A DNA stretch of 38,108 nucleotides from a virus, in UHGV virus genome UHGV-2124252. One strand, 5' to 3'. The translations under genes were made by a program, and so were the position numbers. The notes under the pieces were generated by a model. It was not told where the DNA came from. It ran no database searches and worked only from the letters and a program-made list of their open reading frames with translations. The number at the start of each line of letters is the position of its first letter. Positions within the stretch are counted from its first letter, which is position 1. Shown one piece after another: positions 27,199-36,179 of this stretch.

Positions 27199-27412
27199 GA
27201 ATCCCCGATTAACGTTAACAGAACATCAGCGCCGTGCTGAAGCAGTGAACAATGTTCTGGAAGATATTATCCGGTTACATCGCGGAGAACTGAGTGTCTG
27301 TCGTGCCGCTTTTCATTTTCAGGGAATACAAAAGCAGTTTGATACTTCTGTTTTTGCAGAAGGTATTACTTATGCCCTGGACCGGATAAGGTCAGAAAAT
27401 CGCCCCGGATAA
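27197..27412 (+). CDS. Hypothetical small protein
   Basis: 71 aa, strong AAGGAG RBS 6 nt upstream of ATG. Confidence 0.5.
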   Translation: MNPRLTLTEHQRRAEAVNNVLEDIIRLHRGELSVCRAAFHFQGIQKQFDTSVFAEGITYALDRIRSENRPG

Positions 27413-27467
27413 TCCCTAAACCACATTAACAGAAATCCCACTATCCCTGCCGCATCATGAAAGAACG

Positions 27468-27498
27468 ACCAGCCCGGTGCTTCGGACCCACCGGGCTG
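27468..27498. other. GC-rich stem-loop (11-bp perfect stem, 9-nt loop)
   Basis: ccagcccggtg / caccgggctgg; U-rich tract follows on minus strand only. Confidence 0.5.
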
Positions 27499-27603
27499 GC
27501 CATCGTCCCACAGAAGTGGCTGTGAGCCGACCGAGGTTCAGTCAGTCTCGCGAGACCAGACTAGCCTGCCATATTTTTAATAATTGTAAAAGGCTTACAG
27601 ATT

Positions 27604-28368
27604 ATGAAAATGAAGACATTACCCATCGTTCCATGGATTGGTGGCAAACGTCGCCTGGCAAAACACATCCTGCCGCTGTTTCCGGCGCATGAATGTTATG
27701 TGGAGCCGTTTTGTGGGGCAGCAGCGCTCTATTTTCTTAAGACACCCGGCAAGATCGAAGTCATCAATGATATCAACGGTGAACTGGTGAATCTGTACCG
27801 GGTGGTAAAGCATCACCTGGAAGAATTTGTCCGCCAGTTCAAATGGGCGCTGGTCAGCCGTCAGATCTACAAATGGCTGCAGATCACCCCGGAAGAAACA
27901 CTGACGGATATCCAGCGTGCGGCACGGTTCTACTACCTTCAGAAGCAGGCGTTTGGCGGCAAGGTGGCAGAGCACAGCTTCGGTACCTCCACCACATCCC
28001 CGCCACGCTTCAACCTGCTGCGTATTGAAGAAGAACTGTCAGCAGCACACCTGCGGCTTTCCAGAACAGTCATAGAACACATGGACTGGCAACAGTGCAT
28101 TGAGCGTTATGATCGTCCGCACACACTGTTCTACTGCGACCCACCGTACCTGGGTACGGAAGGCTATGGTGTGGATTTTCCTGAAGGGAACTACTCGCGG
28201 CTGGCAGAGCTGGCCCGGTGCATCAGAGGAAAAATGATAATTTCGGTGAACGATATCCCACAGATGCGCGAGGTGTTCACTGGACTGAACATACAGACAG
28301 TGAACATCAACTACAGTCTGGCGGGGAAATCCACGCCGCGCCGTGAACTGGTAATCTGCAACTTCTGA
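27604..28368 (+). CDS. DNA N6-adenine methyltransferase (Dam-like, D12 class)
   Basis: N-terminal AdoMet-binding FCGAAALYF and catalytic DPPY motif. Confidence 0.9.
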   Translation: MKMKTLPIVPWIGGKRRLAKHILPLFPAHECYVEPFCGAAALYFLKTPGKIEVINDINGELVNLYRVVKHHLEEFVRQFKWALVSRQIYKWLQITPEETLTDIQRAARFYYLQKQAFGGKVAEHSFGTSTTSPPRFNLLRIEEELSAAHLRLSRTVIEHMDWQQCIERYDRPHTLFYCDPPYLGTEGYGVDFPEGNYSRLAELARCIRGKMIISVNDIPQMREVFTGLNIQTVNINYSLAGKSTPRRELVICNF

Positions 28369-28369
28369 A

Positions 28370-28400
28370 ACAAAACCGGAAAGCACAATGCTTTCCGGTA
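28370..28400. terminator. Rho-independent terminator between convergent dam-like and repressor genes
   Basis: ccggaaagc acaat gctttccgg; on minus strand followed by TTTTGTTT. Confidence 0.6.
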
Positions 28401-28484
28401 AACCAAACAACTTCCACTATGTCACTGGCGATGTTTTCTGAAAGCATCCAGATCAACCACCTGTCCTTTGTGTCCAGGTCAAAA

Positions 28485-28823
28485 TCAGCCTGCGAGTTTG
28501 CTTGGTTTGGGGTGAATGAAGACTTTGCCGACCTCAAGAATTGCCCTCCGTTGTTCGGGGCTCATTTCGTCGAATGCATCCATTAACTCTTTCTTTTCTT
28601 GTGACACATAAGGTGCAACAACAGGCTGACTCCGCACCCCAGTAACTACATACAAAATATCTACACCGATTTCTGATAGTGCAGATAACTGCACTGCAGT
28701 AGGAGAAGTGCGATCTTTTTCCCAATCAATGAAAGTTCTCTTTGCCACACCTATAGCATCAGCCAACCCTTGCTGTGTAAGAGATAGACGCTCTCTTTCT
28801 TCTTTAATACGTAACCCGATCAT
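28485..28823 (-). CDS. Phage repressor, XRE-family HTH
   Basis: MIGLRIKEERERLSLTQQGLADAIGVAKRTFIDWEKDRTSP... HTH near N-terminus; divergent from early operon; start assigned to ATG 28823 (longer ORF to 28976 would overlap early promoter/RBS). Confidence 0.7.
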   Translation of the reverse strand: MIGLRIKEERERLSLTQQGLADAIGVAKRTFIDWEKDRTSPTAVQLSALSEIGVDILYVVTGVRSQPVVAPYVSQEKKELMDAFDEMSPEQRRAILEVGKVFIHPKPSKLAG

Positions 28824-28847
28824 GTGAGTTTTTCTGCACTCTTTAAG

Positions 28848-28876
28848 TTGACTGGTGAGGTAATCTGCACCATAAT
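28848..28876 (+). promoter_or_regulatory. Candidate early promoter (sigma70-like)
   Basis: TTGACT (28848-28853), 17-bp spacer, CATAAT (28871-28876) upstream of Cro/Ner-like gene; flanked by repeated TCTGCAC motifs. Confidence 0.5.
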
Positions 28877-28923
28877 CTATCACACATAAGGCAAACATCA
28901 TTGCATCAACAAAGGAGACAACG

Positions 28924-29112
28924 ATGACTGCAGAACAAGTCAAAGCTCTCTTCCGCCAGCGCGGGATCACTTTCACCCGCTGGGCAGAAGAAAACGGCTA
29001 CAACCGCAATGAGGTATACCGCGTTCTCAATGGGCAGACCAAAGCCCGTTACGGTAAATCCCATGAAATCGCCGTGAAGTTGGGGCTGAAATCAACAGCT
29101 CAGGCAGCCTGA
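28924..29112 (+). CDS. Small Cro/Ner-like DNA-binding regulator (first early gene)
   Basis: 62 aa, AAAGGAG RBS, basic helix-turn-helix-like core; divergent from repressor. Confidence 0.65.
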   Translation: MTAEQVKALFRQRGITFTRWAEENGYNRNEVYRVLNGQTKARYGKSHEIAVKLGLKSTAQAA

Positions 29113-29164
29113 AGATTTTGAGTCTTTGTAAAAGGTTATCACATATCGCAAAAGAGGTATGCAG

Positions 29165-29473
29165 ATGAGTAAGACGAATGTTTCAAGCTCCGGCAGTCGC
29201 ATCCTCCGGGTACTCAAAGCGCTGCGCGGTCATGCCCTGAACGGTATTTCCAACGGTGAACTGGCGGCAGCACTGCACGAGTCACCGGCAAACATCAACC
29301 GGGCACTCAACACCCTCATTGAAGAAGGGTTGGCCCTGAAACTGGAAAACGGGCGTTTCGCGCCGGGCATCCAGTTACTGCAGATCGCTATGGCCCACAG
29401 TAACGAGATGGCACGTGCACAGGATCGCATTAACGAAATCAACCAACGTGTCATTTCAGGTAGTCGTTTGTAA
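29165..29473 (+). CDS. Winged-helix-like putative regulator
   Basis: 102 aa from ATG 29165 (AAGAGG RBS). Confidence 0.5.
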   Translation: MSKTNVSSSGSRILRVLKALRGHALNGISNGELAAALHESPANINRALNTLIEEGLALKLENGRFAPGIQLLQIAMAHSNEMARAQDRINEINQRVISGSRL

Positions 29474-29483
29474 GGAGTAATAA

Positions 29484-30395
29484 ATGGGACGCACCAAATC
29501 ACCGATTAACACTGAACTGAACGCCGAGGTACCGCTGTCGGATGATCTCAATGTCAGTCTGAACGCCATGACACAGCATCGTATGGAGATCATGCAGCAG
29601 TTTGGCGATGGTCAGCCCTATGAGCGTGATCGCATAGTTCATGAGGCTCGGTTTTATATGGCACAGAGCGCTGAGGCCATGCTGGAAGCAGGTAAACGAC
29701 TTATTATTCTCAAAGAAAATGAACCTCACGGGGACTTTGTTGGAATTGTAGAAGAACAACTTGGTCTGCATGTGCGCGCAGCACAACGAATGATGAAAGC
29801 ATCTTTGAAATACCTTTCACCAAAACTAGAGCCAAAAGCGACAACGTTGTCGCTTTTAGGTAAGGCAAAATTATTTGAACTTGTTGCTGAAGATGACGAC
29901 GACCTTGCTGAACTGGCCGGCGGTGGCACAGTTGCCGGACTGACGCTTGACGATGTTGATCGCATGTCAGTACGTGAATTGCGTCAGGCCCTGCGCGAAG
30001 CGCGCGAAACCAACGCAGCACAACAGCGCGTACTCGCCGACAAAAATGAAAAAATAGACTCACTCTCCACCAGACTGGAGAAGAAATCCCGTATTCAGCC
30101 GCCTGAGCCTGATGAAGAGGTTAAGAAGCTGCGGGCGGAAGTGACAGCATTAGCGGTTGAGGCGGAATCTGCTATCGCCGTTCGACTGTCCAGCGCTTTT
30201 GAGACGCTGTGCGCATATTGTGCTGAAAACATGATTGATACCCCCAGAGACTTCATGGCAGGCCTGGTCTGTCAACTGGAAAGCACAGCGCGTAGCCTGC
30301 GCTCCACATTTGACCTGCCGGATGAGCCAACAGGCAATGCCGCGCCTTCATGGCTGACTGAGCCGACGCCACAGATTAACGGGCTGGAGGCATAA
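29484..30395 (+). CDS. Hypothetical early protein
   Basis: 303 aa, acidic coiled-coil centre, immediately upstream of transposase. Confidence 0.55.
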   Translation: MGRTKSPINTELNAEVPLSDDLNVSLNAMTQHRMEIMQQFGDGQPYERDRIVHEARFYMAQSAEAMLEAGKRLIILKENEPHGDFVGIVEEQLGLHVRAAQRMMKASLKYLSPKLEPKATTLSLLGKAKLFELVAEDDDDLAELAGGGTVAGLTLDDVDRMSVRELRQALREARETNAAQQRVLADKNEKIDSLSTRLEKKSRIQPPEPDEEVKKLRAEVTALAVEAESAIAVRLSSAFETLCAYCAENMIDTPRDFMAGLVCQLESTARSLRSTFDLPDEPTGNAAPSWLTEPTPQINGLEA

Positions 30396-30398
30396 CCA

Positions 30399-32168
30399 AT
30401 GAATGCTGCCCTGACTGAACGACTGGTTTATGTCGCCCGCGCGGCACGTGACGCGGGGCATGGTAAACGCGGTGCAATATACGACGCTGCCTGTGCTGAA
30501 CTTGGCATGTCCCGCGCCACTCTGCTGCGCAGGCTGAAGGAGGTCTCTGTGACTGATAAACGCAAAAAACGCGCTGATGCCGGACGCAGCGCCCTGACCC
30601 GCGACGAAGCCGCGCTGATATCTGCCACACTGCGTGAGGCCACCCGCAAGAACGGTAAACGCCTCTATTCCATCGCAGATGCAGTGGAAACCCTGCGGGC
30701 TAACGGCTTTATCACCGCAGGCAGAACAGATGAAACCACCGGTGAGTTTTTCCCGTTGTCTGAAGATGCCATCAGCCGTGCTCTGCGTAACTATGGCCTG
30801 CACCCGGAACAACTGGATGCTCCTGCACCGCATACCGAAGTGGCCAGTCTGCACCCCAATCATGTCTGGCAGATTGACGCCTCACTCTGCACGCTTTACT
30901 ACCTGAGCAATGGACATAAAGGGCTGCAGGTGATGGACAGCGCGAAGTTCTACAAGAACAAGCCCGCTAACCTTGCCCGTATCGCCAGTGACCGCGTGTG
31001 GAGTTACGAGATTACCGACCATGCCAGCGGCTGGATTTACGTTGAGTATGTGACGGGCGCGGAATCAGGTGAGAACCTGTGTTCTGTGCTTATCAACGCC
31101 ATGCAGGAGCGTGGCGGCGCAGACGTGCTGCACGGCGTGCCAAAAATACTCTATCTCGACCCCGGCTCGGCAAACACCGCGGGTATGACGAAAAACATGT
31201 GCCGCTCACTGGGCATCGACCTGATAGCGCACAAGCCGCATAACGCCCGCGCCACCGGACAGGTGGAAAAGGCGCGGGACATTATCGAACGCAAGCTGGA
31301 GCCGGGTCTGAAGTTCCGGCCGGTTCACAGTCTGGAAGAACTCAATGCGCTGGCCGCGAAATGGCGCAGCCACTTTAACGCCACGGCTGTTCACAGCCGC
31401 CACGGTAAAACCCGCACGGATATCTGGCTGAAGATTACTGCTGAGCAGCTGAAAAAAGCGCCTTCCGTTGAGGTATGTCGTGAACTGGCTGTGGCGGCAC
31501 CAGAACTCCGCAAAGTCACGCCAAAACTTCGTGTCTCGTTCCGGGGCACTGAATTTGACGTATCAACGGTACCGGGCGTACTGGTCGGTGAAAAACTGAT
31601 GATTACCCGTAACCCGTGGCGCAGCGATGTGGCACAGGTGGTTCTGACCGGTGAGGACGGCCACGAGACGTTCTTCCTGGTCGAAGAAGTCAGAAAGAAC
31701 GAGTTTGGCTTTGCTGAAGGCGCGGCGGTATTTGGCGAAAGTTACAAAGCCCTGCCGGAAACCCCGGCGCAGATGGCGGCAAAAGAAACCGAAGCGCTGG
31801 TCACCGGTACAGACAACGCCGCAGATGCAGCTGCCGCACGCAAGGCGAAGGCGCTGCCGTTCGGCGGGCGGCTTGACCCATATAAACATATTGATGACGC
31901 CACACTTCCGGCCTATATGCCGAAGCGAGGTCAGGCCTCTGACGTACGCGGGCCGCGCACTGAACAACGTCCCATGACTCATGTGGAGGCCGCGAAAGCC
32001 CTGCGCGATAAGTTCAGCGCCGACGGCCTTACCTGGACGCCGGAACATTACCGCCAGTTAACGGCACAGTATCCGGACGGCGTACCGGAAGCCGCACTGG
32101 ATGAAGTCATGGCCACGCTGACCACGCCGGCCCGCAGCAGCGTTATCAGCATTGTTAACGGCAACTGA
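30399..32168 (+). CDS. DDE transposase A (Mu A / TnsB / TniA family core)
   Basis: 589 aa; N-terminal HTH, catalytic core beginning HVWQIDAS; followed by ATPase partner gene. Confidence 0.88.
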   Translation: MNAALTERLVYVARAARDAGHGKRGAIYDAACAELGMSRATLLRRLKEVSVTDKRKKRADAGRSALTRDEAALISATLREATRKNGKRLYSIADAVETLRANGFITAGRTDETTGEFFPLSEDAISRALRNYGLHPEQLDAPAPHTEVASLHPNHVWQIDASLCTLYYLSNGHKGLQVMDSAKFYKNKPANLARIASDRVWSYEITDHASGWIYVEYVTGAESGENLCSVLINAMQERGGADVLHGVPKILYLDPGSANTAGMTKNMCRSLGIDLIAHKPHNARATGQVEKARDIIERKLEPGLKFRPVHSLEELNALAAKWRSHFNATAVHSRHGKTRTDIWLKITAEQLKKAPSVEVCRELAVAAPELRKVTPKLRVSFRGTEFDVSTVPGVLVGEKLMITRNPWRSDVAQVVLTGEDGHETFFLVEEVRKNEFGFAEGAAVFGESYKALPETPAQMAAKETEALVTGTDNAADAAAARKAKALPFGGRLDPYKHIDDATLPAYMPKRGQASDVRGPRTEQRPMTHVEAAKALRDKFSADGLTWTPEHYRQLTAQYPDGVPEAALDEVMATLTTPARSSVISIVNGN

Positions 32169-32178
32169 GGAGGGATAC

Positions 32179-33345
32179 ATGCTGGTACTGAAGCAGCAAC
32201 TGAAAGAGGCCCGTATTCCACAGGCGGTGGTGGCGAGAGCTGTCGATGTTTCTGAGGCCACGCTGGCCCAGATTGTGAATCATAACGCGTGGCCCCGCAC
32301 CAGCCCCGGAGAAGTGCGCCGGCGTCTTGCGTCCTGGCTGGAAAGTCAGGGGATTGATACAACGAAGAGTTTTGATGCTGTACAGGGCGCAGCCACGCCC
32401 CGTACAGCGGGTACCACAGATAAAACGAGCCTCAGTGAGGAAGAGAATATGTTACTCAAAAAACAGGTGTTATTTCCAGCAACCAAAAAAGCGTTTGGTC
32501 TTTTCCGTGACCCGTTCGCCGATGAAGCCATGCAGGGTTCTGATGATGTGTTCACCACCCCGGACATTCGCTACGTGCGTGAGGCGTTGTACCAGACAGC
32601 CCGTCATGGTGGGTTTATGGCCGTCATCGGTGAGTCCGGTGCGGGTAAATCCACGCTGCGCCGCGACCTGACTGAACGTATCAACCGCGAGAATGCGCCG
32701 GTAATTGTTATCGAGCCATACATCATCGCTATGGAAGACAACGATGTGAAAGGGAAAACCCTGAAGGCAGCAGCGATTGCCGAAGCCATTATCAGTACCA
32801 TCGCACCACTGGAAAGCATCAGACGCAGTCAGGACGCCCGCTTTCGCCAGTTGCATCGCGTCCTGAAAGACAGCAGCCAGGCGGGGTTCAGCCACGTTTT
32901 GGTGATTGAGGAGGCCCACAGTCTGCCCATTCCGACACTGAAACACCTCAAACGCTTTTTTGAGCTGGAGTCCGGTTTCAAAAAACTGCTGTCCATCGTG
33001 CTGATTGGCCAGCCGGAACTGGCGACAAAACTGTCTGAACGCAATATGGAAGTCCGTGAAGTCGTTCAGCGTTGTGAGGTGGTCGAACTTCTGCCTCTGG
33101 ACAATAACCTTGAAGAATTTCTGACGTTCAAACTGCAACGGGCCGGTAAACAACTGACGGACATTATGGACGCCAGCGCAGTGGATGCCATACGTGCCCG
33201 CCTGAGCAATCCGGGAAGTCATCGTAAAAATATGGTCAGCCTGCTGTATCCGCTGGCCGTCAGTAACCTGGTGATAGCCGCCATGAATCTGGCCGCTGAA
33301 ATCGGGGTTCCACAGGTCAACGCTGACGTTGTCAAAGGGGTTTAA
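32179..33345 (+). CDS. Transposition ATPase B (Mu B / TniB-like AAA+)
   Basis: Walker A GESGAGKST, Walker B-like HVLVIEEAH; start ATG 32179 with GAGGAGGG RBS. Confidence 0.85.
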   Translation: MLVLKQQLKEARIPQAVVARAVDVSEATLAQIVNHNAWPRTSPGEVRRRLASWLESQGIDTTKSFDAVQGAATPRTAGTTDKTSLSEEENMLLKKQVLFPATKKAFGLFRDPFADEAMQGSDDVFTTPDIRYVREALYQTARHGGFMAVIGESGAGKSTLRRDLTERINRENAPVIVIEPYIIAMEDNDVKGKTLKAAAIAEAIISTIAPLESIRRSQDARFRQLHRVLKDSSQAGFSHVLVIEEAHSLPIPTLKHLKRFFELESGFKKLLSIVLIGQPELATKLSERNMEVREVVQRCEVVELLPLDNNLEEFLTFKLQRAGKQLTDIMDASAVDAIRARLSNPGSHRKNMVSLLYPLAVSNLVIAAMNLAAEIGVPQVNADVVKGV

Positions 33346-33347
33346 TA

Positions 33348-33617
33348 ATGAAATCCACCACAGGTATCAACCAGCAAATCAGCAAAGTGCAGTCAGCCAT
33401 TATGGCGCTTAAGGCGACGAACACGGATGTACAAAGCATCACCATCAGGGGTAACAAACCTGTCATCCGCGTTTCCCGGAGTGCGCATTGCATGCGCATG
33501 CTTGAGCAGGGAAAGGCCTGTTATCTGTATACCGGACATGACCAAAGGGGATATTTCCGTCAGGGCGTTTTCGAACTGCACGGCTGTCGCGTCGTGTGGC
33601 CGGAATCTTTGTGGTAA
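33348..33617 (+). CDS. Hypothetical early protein
   Basis: 89 aa, RBS AGGGG. Confidence 0.5.
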   Translation: MKSTTGINQQISKVQSAIMALKATNTDVQSITIRGNKPVIRVSRSAHCMRMLEQGKACYLYTGHDQRGYFRQGVFELHGCRVVWPESLW

Positions 33618-33644
33618 TCAGCACAACAGGAGGAGTCATAAAAT

Positions 33645-34175
33645 ATGGCAAAAAGTACAAAAGGGGCAAAACGTATCAAAGCCGCAGCAGCACTCTGGGT
33701 GCCGGGGACACGCGAAGAGGTCATTGAGGGAATCAGACTGCTTGGTGACGCGCAACGTGAACTGGTCAGGGCTGAAACAGAAATGAATGACACCATTGGC
33801 GACATCACTGCACGTTATGCCCCGCTCACCGAGAGCCTGAAAAAACGCATGACCGAACTGCAGTCCGGTATCCAGACATGGTGTGAGGCGCACCGTGATG
33901 AACTGACCGGCAACGGGAAGGTGAAGTTCGCTAACCTCACCACCGGCGAGGTGCAGTGGCGAAACCGTCCGCCGTCAGTCAGCATTCGCGGGGCGGATAA
34001 TGTCATTGAACTGCTGAGACGTCTGGGGCTTGAGCGCTTTATTCGTGTAAAGGAGGAAATAAATAAAGATGCCATTCTGAATGAAAAAGAGGCTGTGAAA
34101 AATATTCCCGGTATTACCATAAAAAGTGATATTGAGGATTTTTCAATAATTCCTTTTGAGCAGGATGTGCAGTAA
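33645..34175 (+). CDS. gam: Host-nuclease inhibitor Gam (Mu Gam-like)
   Basis: MAKSTKGAKRIKAAAALWVP... and C-terminal ...DFSIIPFEQ closely resemble Mu Gam as remembered. Confidence 0.85.
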   Translation: MAKSTKGAKRIKAAAALWVPGTREEVIEGIRLLGDAQRELVRAETEMNDTIGDITARYAPLTESLKKRMTELQSGIQTWCEAHRDELTGNGKVKFANLTTGEVQWRNRPPSVSIRGADNVIELLRRLGLERFIRVKEEINKDAILNEKEAVKNIPGITIKSDIEDFSIIPFEQDVQ

Positions 34176-34272
34176 ACACACCACGTTAATTATTTAATAA
34201 AAACATTTTCTTTTTTATTCCGGTGTCAGCGCCGTGGGCTTCTGCACGCCGGAAACAGAGGAGAATTAAATT

Positions 34273-34467
34273 ATGATATTTAAATGTATTCAGTGCGAGA
34301 GGGATATAACAGCCCTGCGTTTTCACAGCGCCATCGCCGTGATGTCCGGTAAGTATCACATACCTGCAGTACGTGTCACCCTTGTCTGCCCGTACTGCAG
34401 CCAGCATTTTTCGGCGGACGTGCCCGTCATGGAATTCTCCCGCCCTGACAGGGAGGACGCGCAATGA
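34273..34467 (+). CDS. Small zinc-ribbon-like protein
   Basis: CxxC ... CxxC (C5,C8,C39,C42); GAGGAG RBS. Confidence 0.5.
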   Translation: MIFKCIQCERDITALRFHSAIAVMSGKYHIPAVRVTLVCPYCSQHFSADVPVMEFSRPDREDAQ

Positions 34468-34736
34468 TTACCCCACAGGAAGCACGACAGCGCACCCGAA
34501 CCCTTGTTGAACACTATGTCAACGAGTGTGAATGCCGCGACCTCACCGATGTGAAGCACGTCCTGACGGCGCTAATCAGCATGGCCACACAGGCCATTGT
34601 GGCGACCAACGGAAAGGAGGCTGCCCTGCAGGTACTGATGAACACACTCACCCACACGGCAGAGCATGAGGTGCCGTACCGGATGGAAACCACTGCAGAA
34701 GGCGGCCTGCACATCACCGTCAGCCGGAAGCACTGA
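34464..34736 (+). CDS. Hypothetical early protein
   Basis: 90 aa, ATGA-coupled. Confidence 0.45.
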   Translation: MITPQEARQRTRTLVEHYVNECECRDLTDVKHVLTALISMATQAIVATNGKEAALQVLMNTLTHTAEHEVPYRMETTAEGGLHITVSRKH

Positions 34737-34745
34737 GGGCGCGGC

Positions 34746-35042
34746 ATGACACGAAACACCGAACTCACCCGCACCGCCCTCTACCGTCTGGCCCTGCAGC
34801 GTTTCGGGCCGGACGCACAGGCCCTGAAACTGGCAGAAGAGGCCGCTGAACTGGCGGCCAGTGCCGCCCGCAACCTGAACGGACAGGGCAGCGAAAGTGA
34901 CCTCGCGGCAGAGCTGGCAGACGTGGAAATCATGACAGAGCAACTGCGCCTTCAGGGGATGGACCGGCTGATTGACTTCCACAAACAGAAAAAACTGGAA
35001 CGTCTGGCTGCACGACTGGGTGTGATTTACACGAACGAGTAA
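34746..35042 (+). CDS. MazG-like nucleotide pyrophosphohydrolase-like small protein (tentative)
   Basis: EExxE ... ExxD-type acidic helices (LAEEAAELA ... ELADVEIM). Confidence 0.4.
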   Translation: MTRNTELTRTALYRLALQRFGPDAQALKLAEEAAELAASAARNLNGQGSESDLAAELADVEIMTEQLRLQGMDRLIDFHKQKKLERLAARLGVIYTNE

Positions 35043-35056
35043 CCGGGAGGCATTCA

Positions 35057-35272
35057 ATGGCTGACATACTCAGGGAAATCACCGCATGGATACTGATTCT
35101 TACTGGCCTGGCGACATGCCTCAGTGCGGGGGCAGCCCTGGCTGCCCTGCTGATGCACATAACAACACAGTGGTTATGGGAAAAGCTTAAAGCAGCATAC
35201 AGCCTGAAAGAGCTGTCCGACGCTGTCCGGGCATGGAAACGGCAGAAAAATACCGGAGATACAGAACAATGA
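35057..35272 (+). CDS. Small membrane protein
   Basis: 71 aa with one hydrophobic helix; GGGAGG RBS. Confidence 0.5.
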   Translation: MADILREITAWILILTGLATCLSAGAALAALLMHITTQWLWEKLKAAYSLKELSDAVRAWKRQKNTGDTEQ

Positions 35273-35952
35273 CAGACCAGAATAAACACATTGAGAAACT
35301 GAAAAAGTTGCTGGCGCTGGCCGCATCCGGCAACCCGCACGAGGCCGCTCTGGCACTGCGCCGAGCCCGTAAACTGATGGATGTTCACGGCATCACACAT
35401 TCCGACATTGCTATGAGTGATATTGATGAAACCATCAGTCATTACTGGCCGACAGGCAGTCTCCGTCCACCGCGCTACATGCTGGGCCTGATGAACATCA
35501 TCCGCGAGGCATTTGGTGTTAACTCCATCATTCACCCCGGCACGCATCAGTCTGTGGGGTTCTACGGCAACCGGGAACGTACGGCACTGGCTGCATACAC
35601 CTGGGAAGTGCTGGCCCGTCAGCTGAAAAAGGCGCGTCAGCAGTATATCAGTGCACAGAACAAAAGAATAAAAACCGCCACCCGCACCAGCCGTGGAGAC
35701 CAGTTTGCCGAAGGCTGGGTGCTGGCCGTTATCAGTGAAATACAGTCCTTCGCCCTGACCGATGACGAACGTGAACTGATGCAGCAGTGGCTGGAACATA
35801 AATACCCGCAGACGCAAACCACCAGGGCGCGTAAACCGGGAAGAAGCCGCAATGGCGACGCCTCGCGCTATGCGGGGTTTCGTGAAGGGCAGAACGTCAG
35901 ACTGCACCGCCCGGTCAGTGGGCAGGAACAACAGAAACTGGAGGCCAGATGA
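35269..35952 (+). CDS. Hypothetical early protein (DUF2786-like N-terminus)
   Basis: MTDQNKHIEKLKKLLALAASGNPHEAALALRRARKLM... ; ATGA overlap with upstream gene. Confidence 0.55.
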   Translation: MTDQNKHIEKLKKLLALAASGNPHEAALALRRARKLMDVHGITHSDIAMSDIDETISHYWPTGSLRPPRYMLGLMNIIREAFGVNSIIHPGTHQSVGFYGNRERTALAAYTWEVLARQLKKARQQYISAQNKRIKTATRTSRGDQFAEGWVLAVISEIQSFALTDDERELMQQWLEHKYPQTQTTRARKPGRSRNGDASRYAGFREGQNVRLHRPVSGQEQQKLEAR

Positions 35953-36179
35953 TTACGCTATCAGGTAAAAGCCGGAAATTAAAAGCCTGCCGAATATCTG
36001 CCAGATACCTTTTTGCCCGCGCCTTTTTTAAGAACGTCAGGCCGGGGATCACAATTGGTGTTATTGCCGGACGCGAACAGGTTGAAAAATACATGTCAGG
36101 TGCATGGTGGAATAACGACCCTGTCATTGCTGCCCGTAATATTCATATCGAATGGGGAGGTATTCAGAATGACTACTGA
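35949..36179 (+). CDS. Hypothetical small protein
   Basis: 76 aa, ATGA-coupled. Confidence 0.4.
   Translation: MITLSGKSRKLKACRISARYLFARAFFKNVRPGITIGVIAGREQVEKYMSGAWWNNDPVIAARNIHIEWGGIQNDY

Noticed and set aside
28502-28516. Fourth gix-like sequence (TTGGTTTGGGGTGAA) inside the 3' end of the repressor gene
   Set aside because: Only one half-site matches and the other half lacks the AAAC core; most likely a chance match, though it would allow aberrant inversion if recognised.
34930-35931. 333-aa minus-strand ORF (and similar long antisense ORFs at 22124..23161, 32470..33222, 9762..10526, 14154..15038)
   Set aside because: Each lies antisense to a well-supported gene in GC-rich DNA, lacks RBS and has Cys/His/Arg-rich composition typical of spurious frames.
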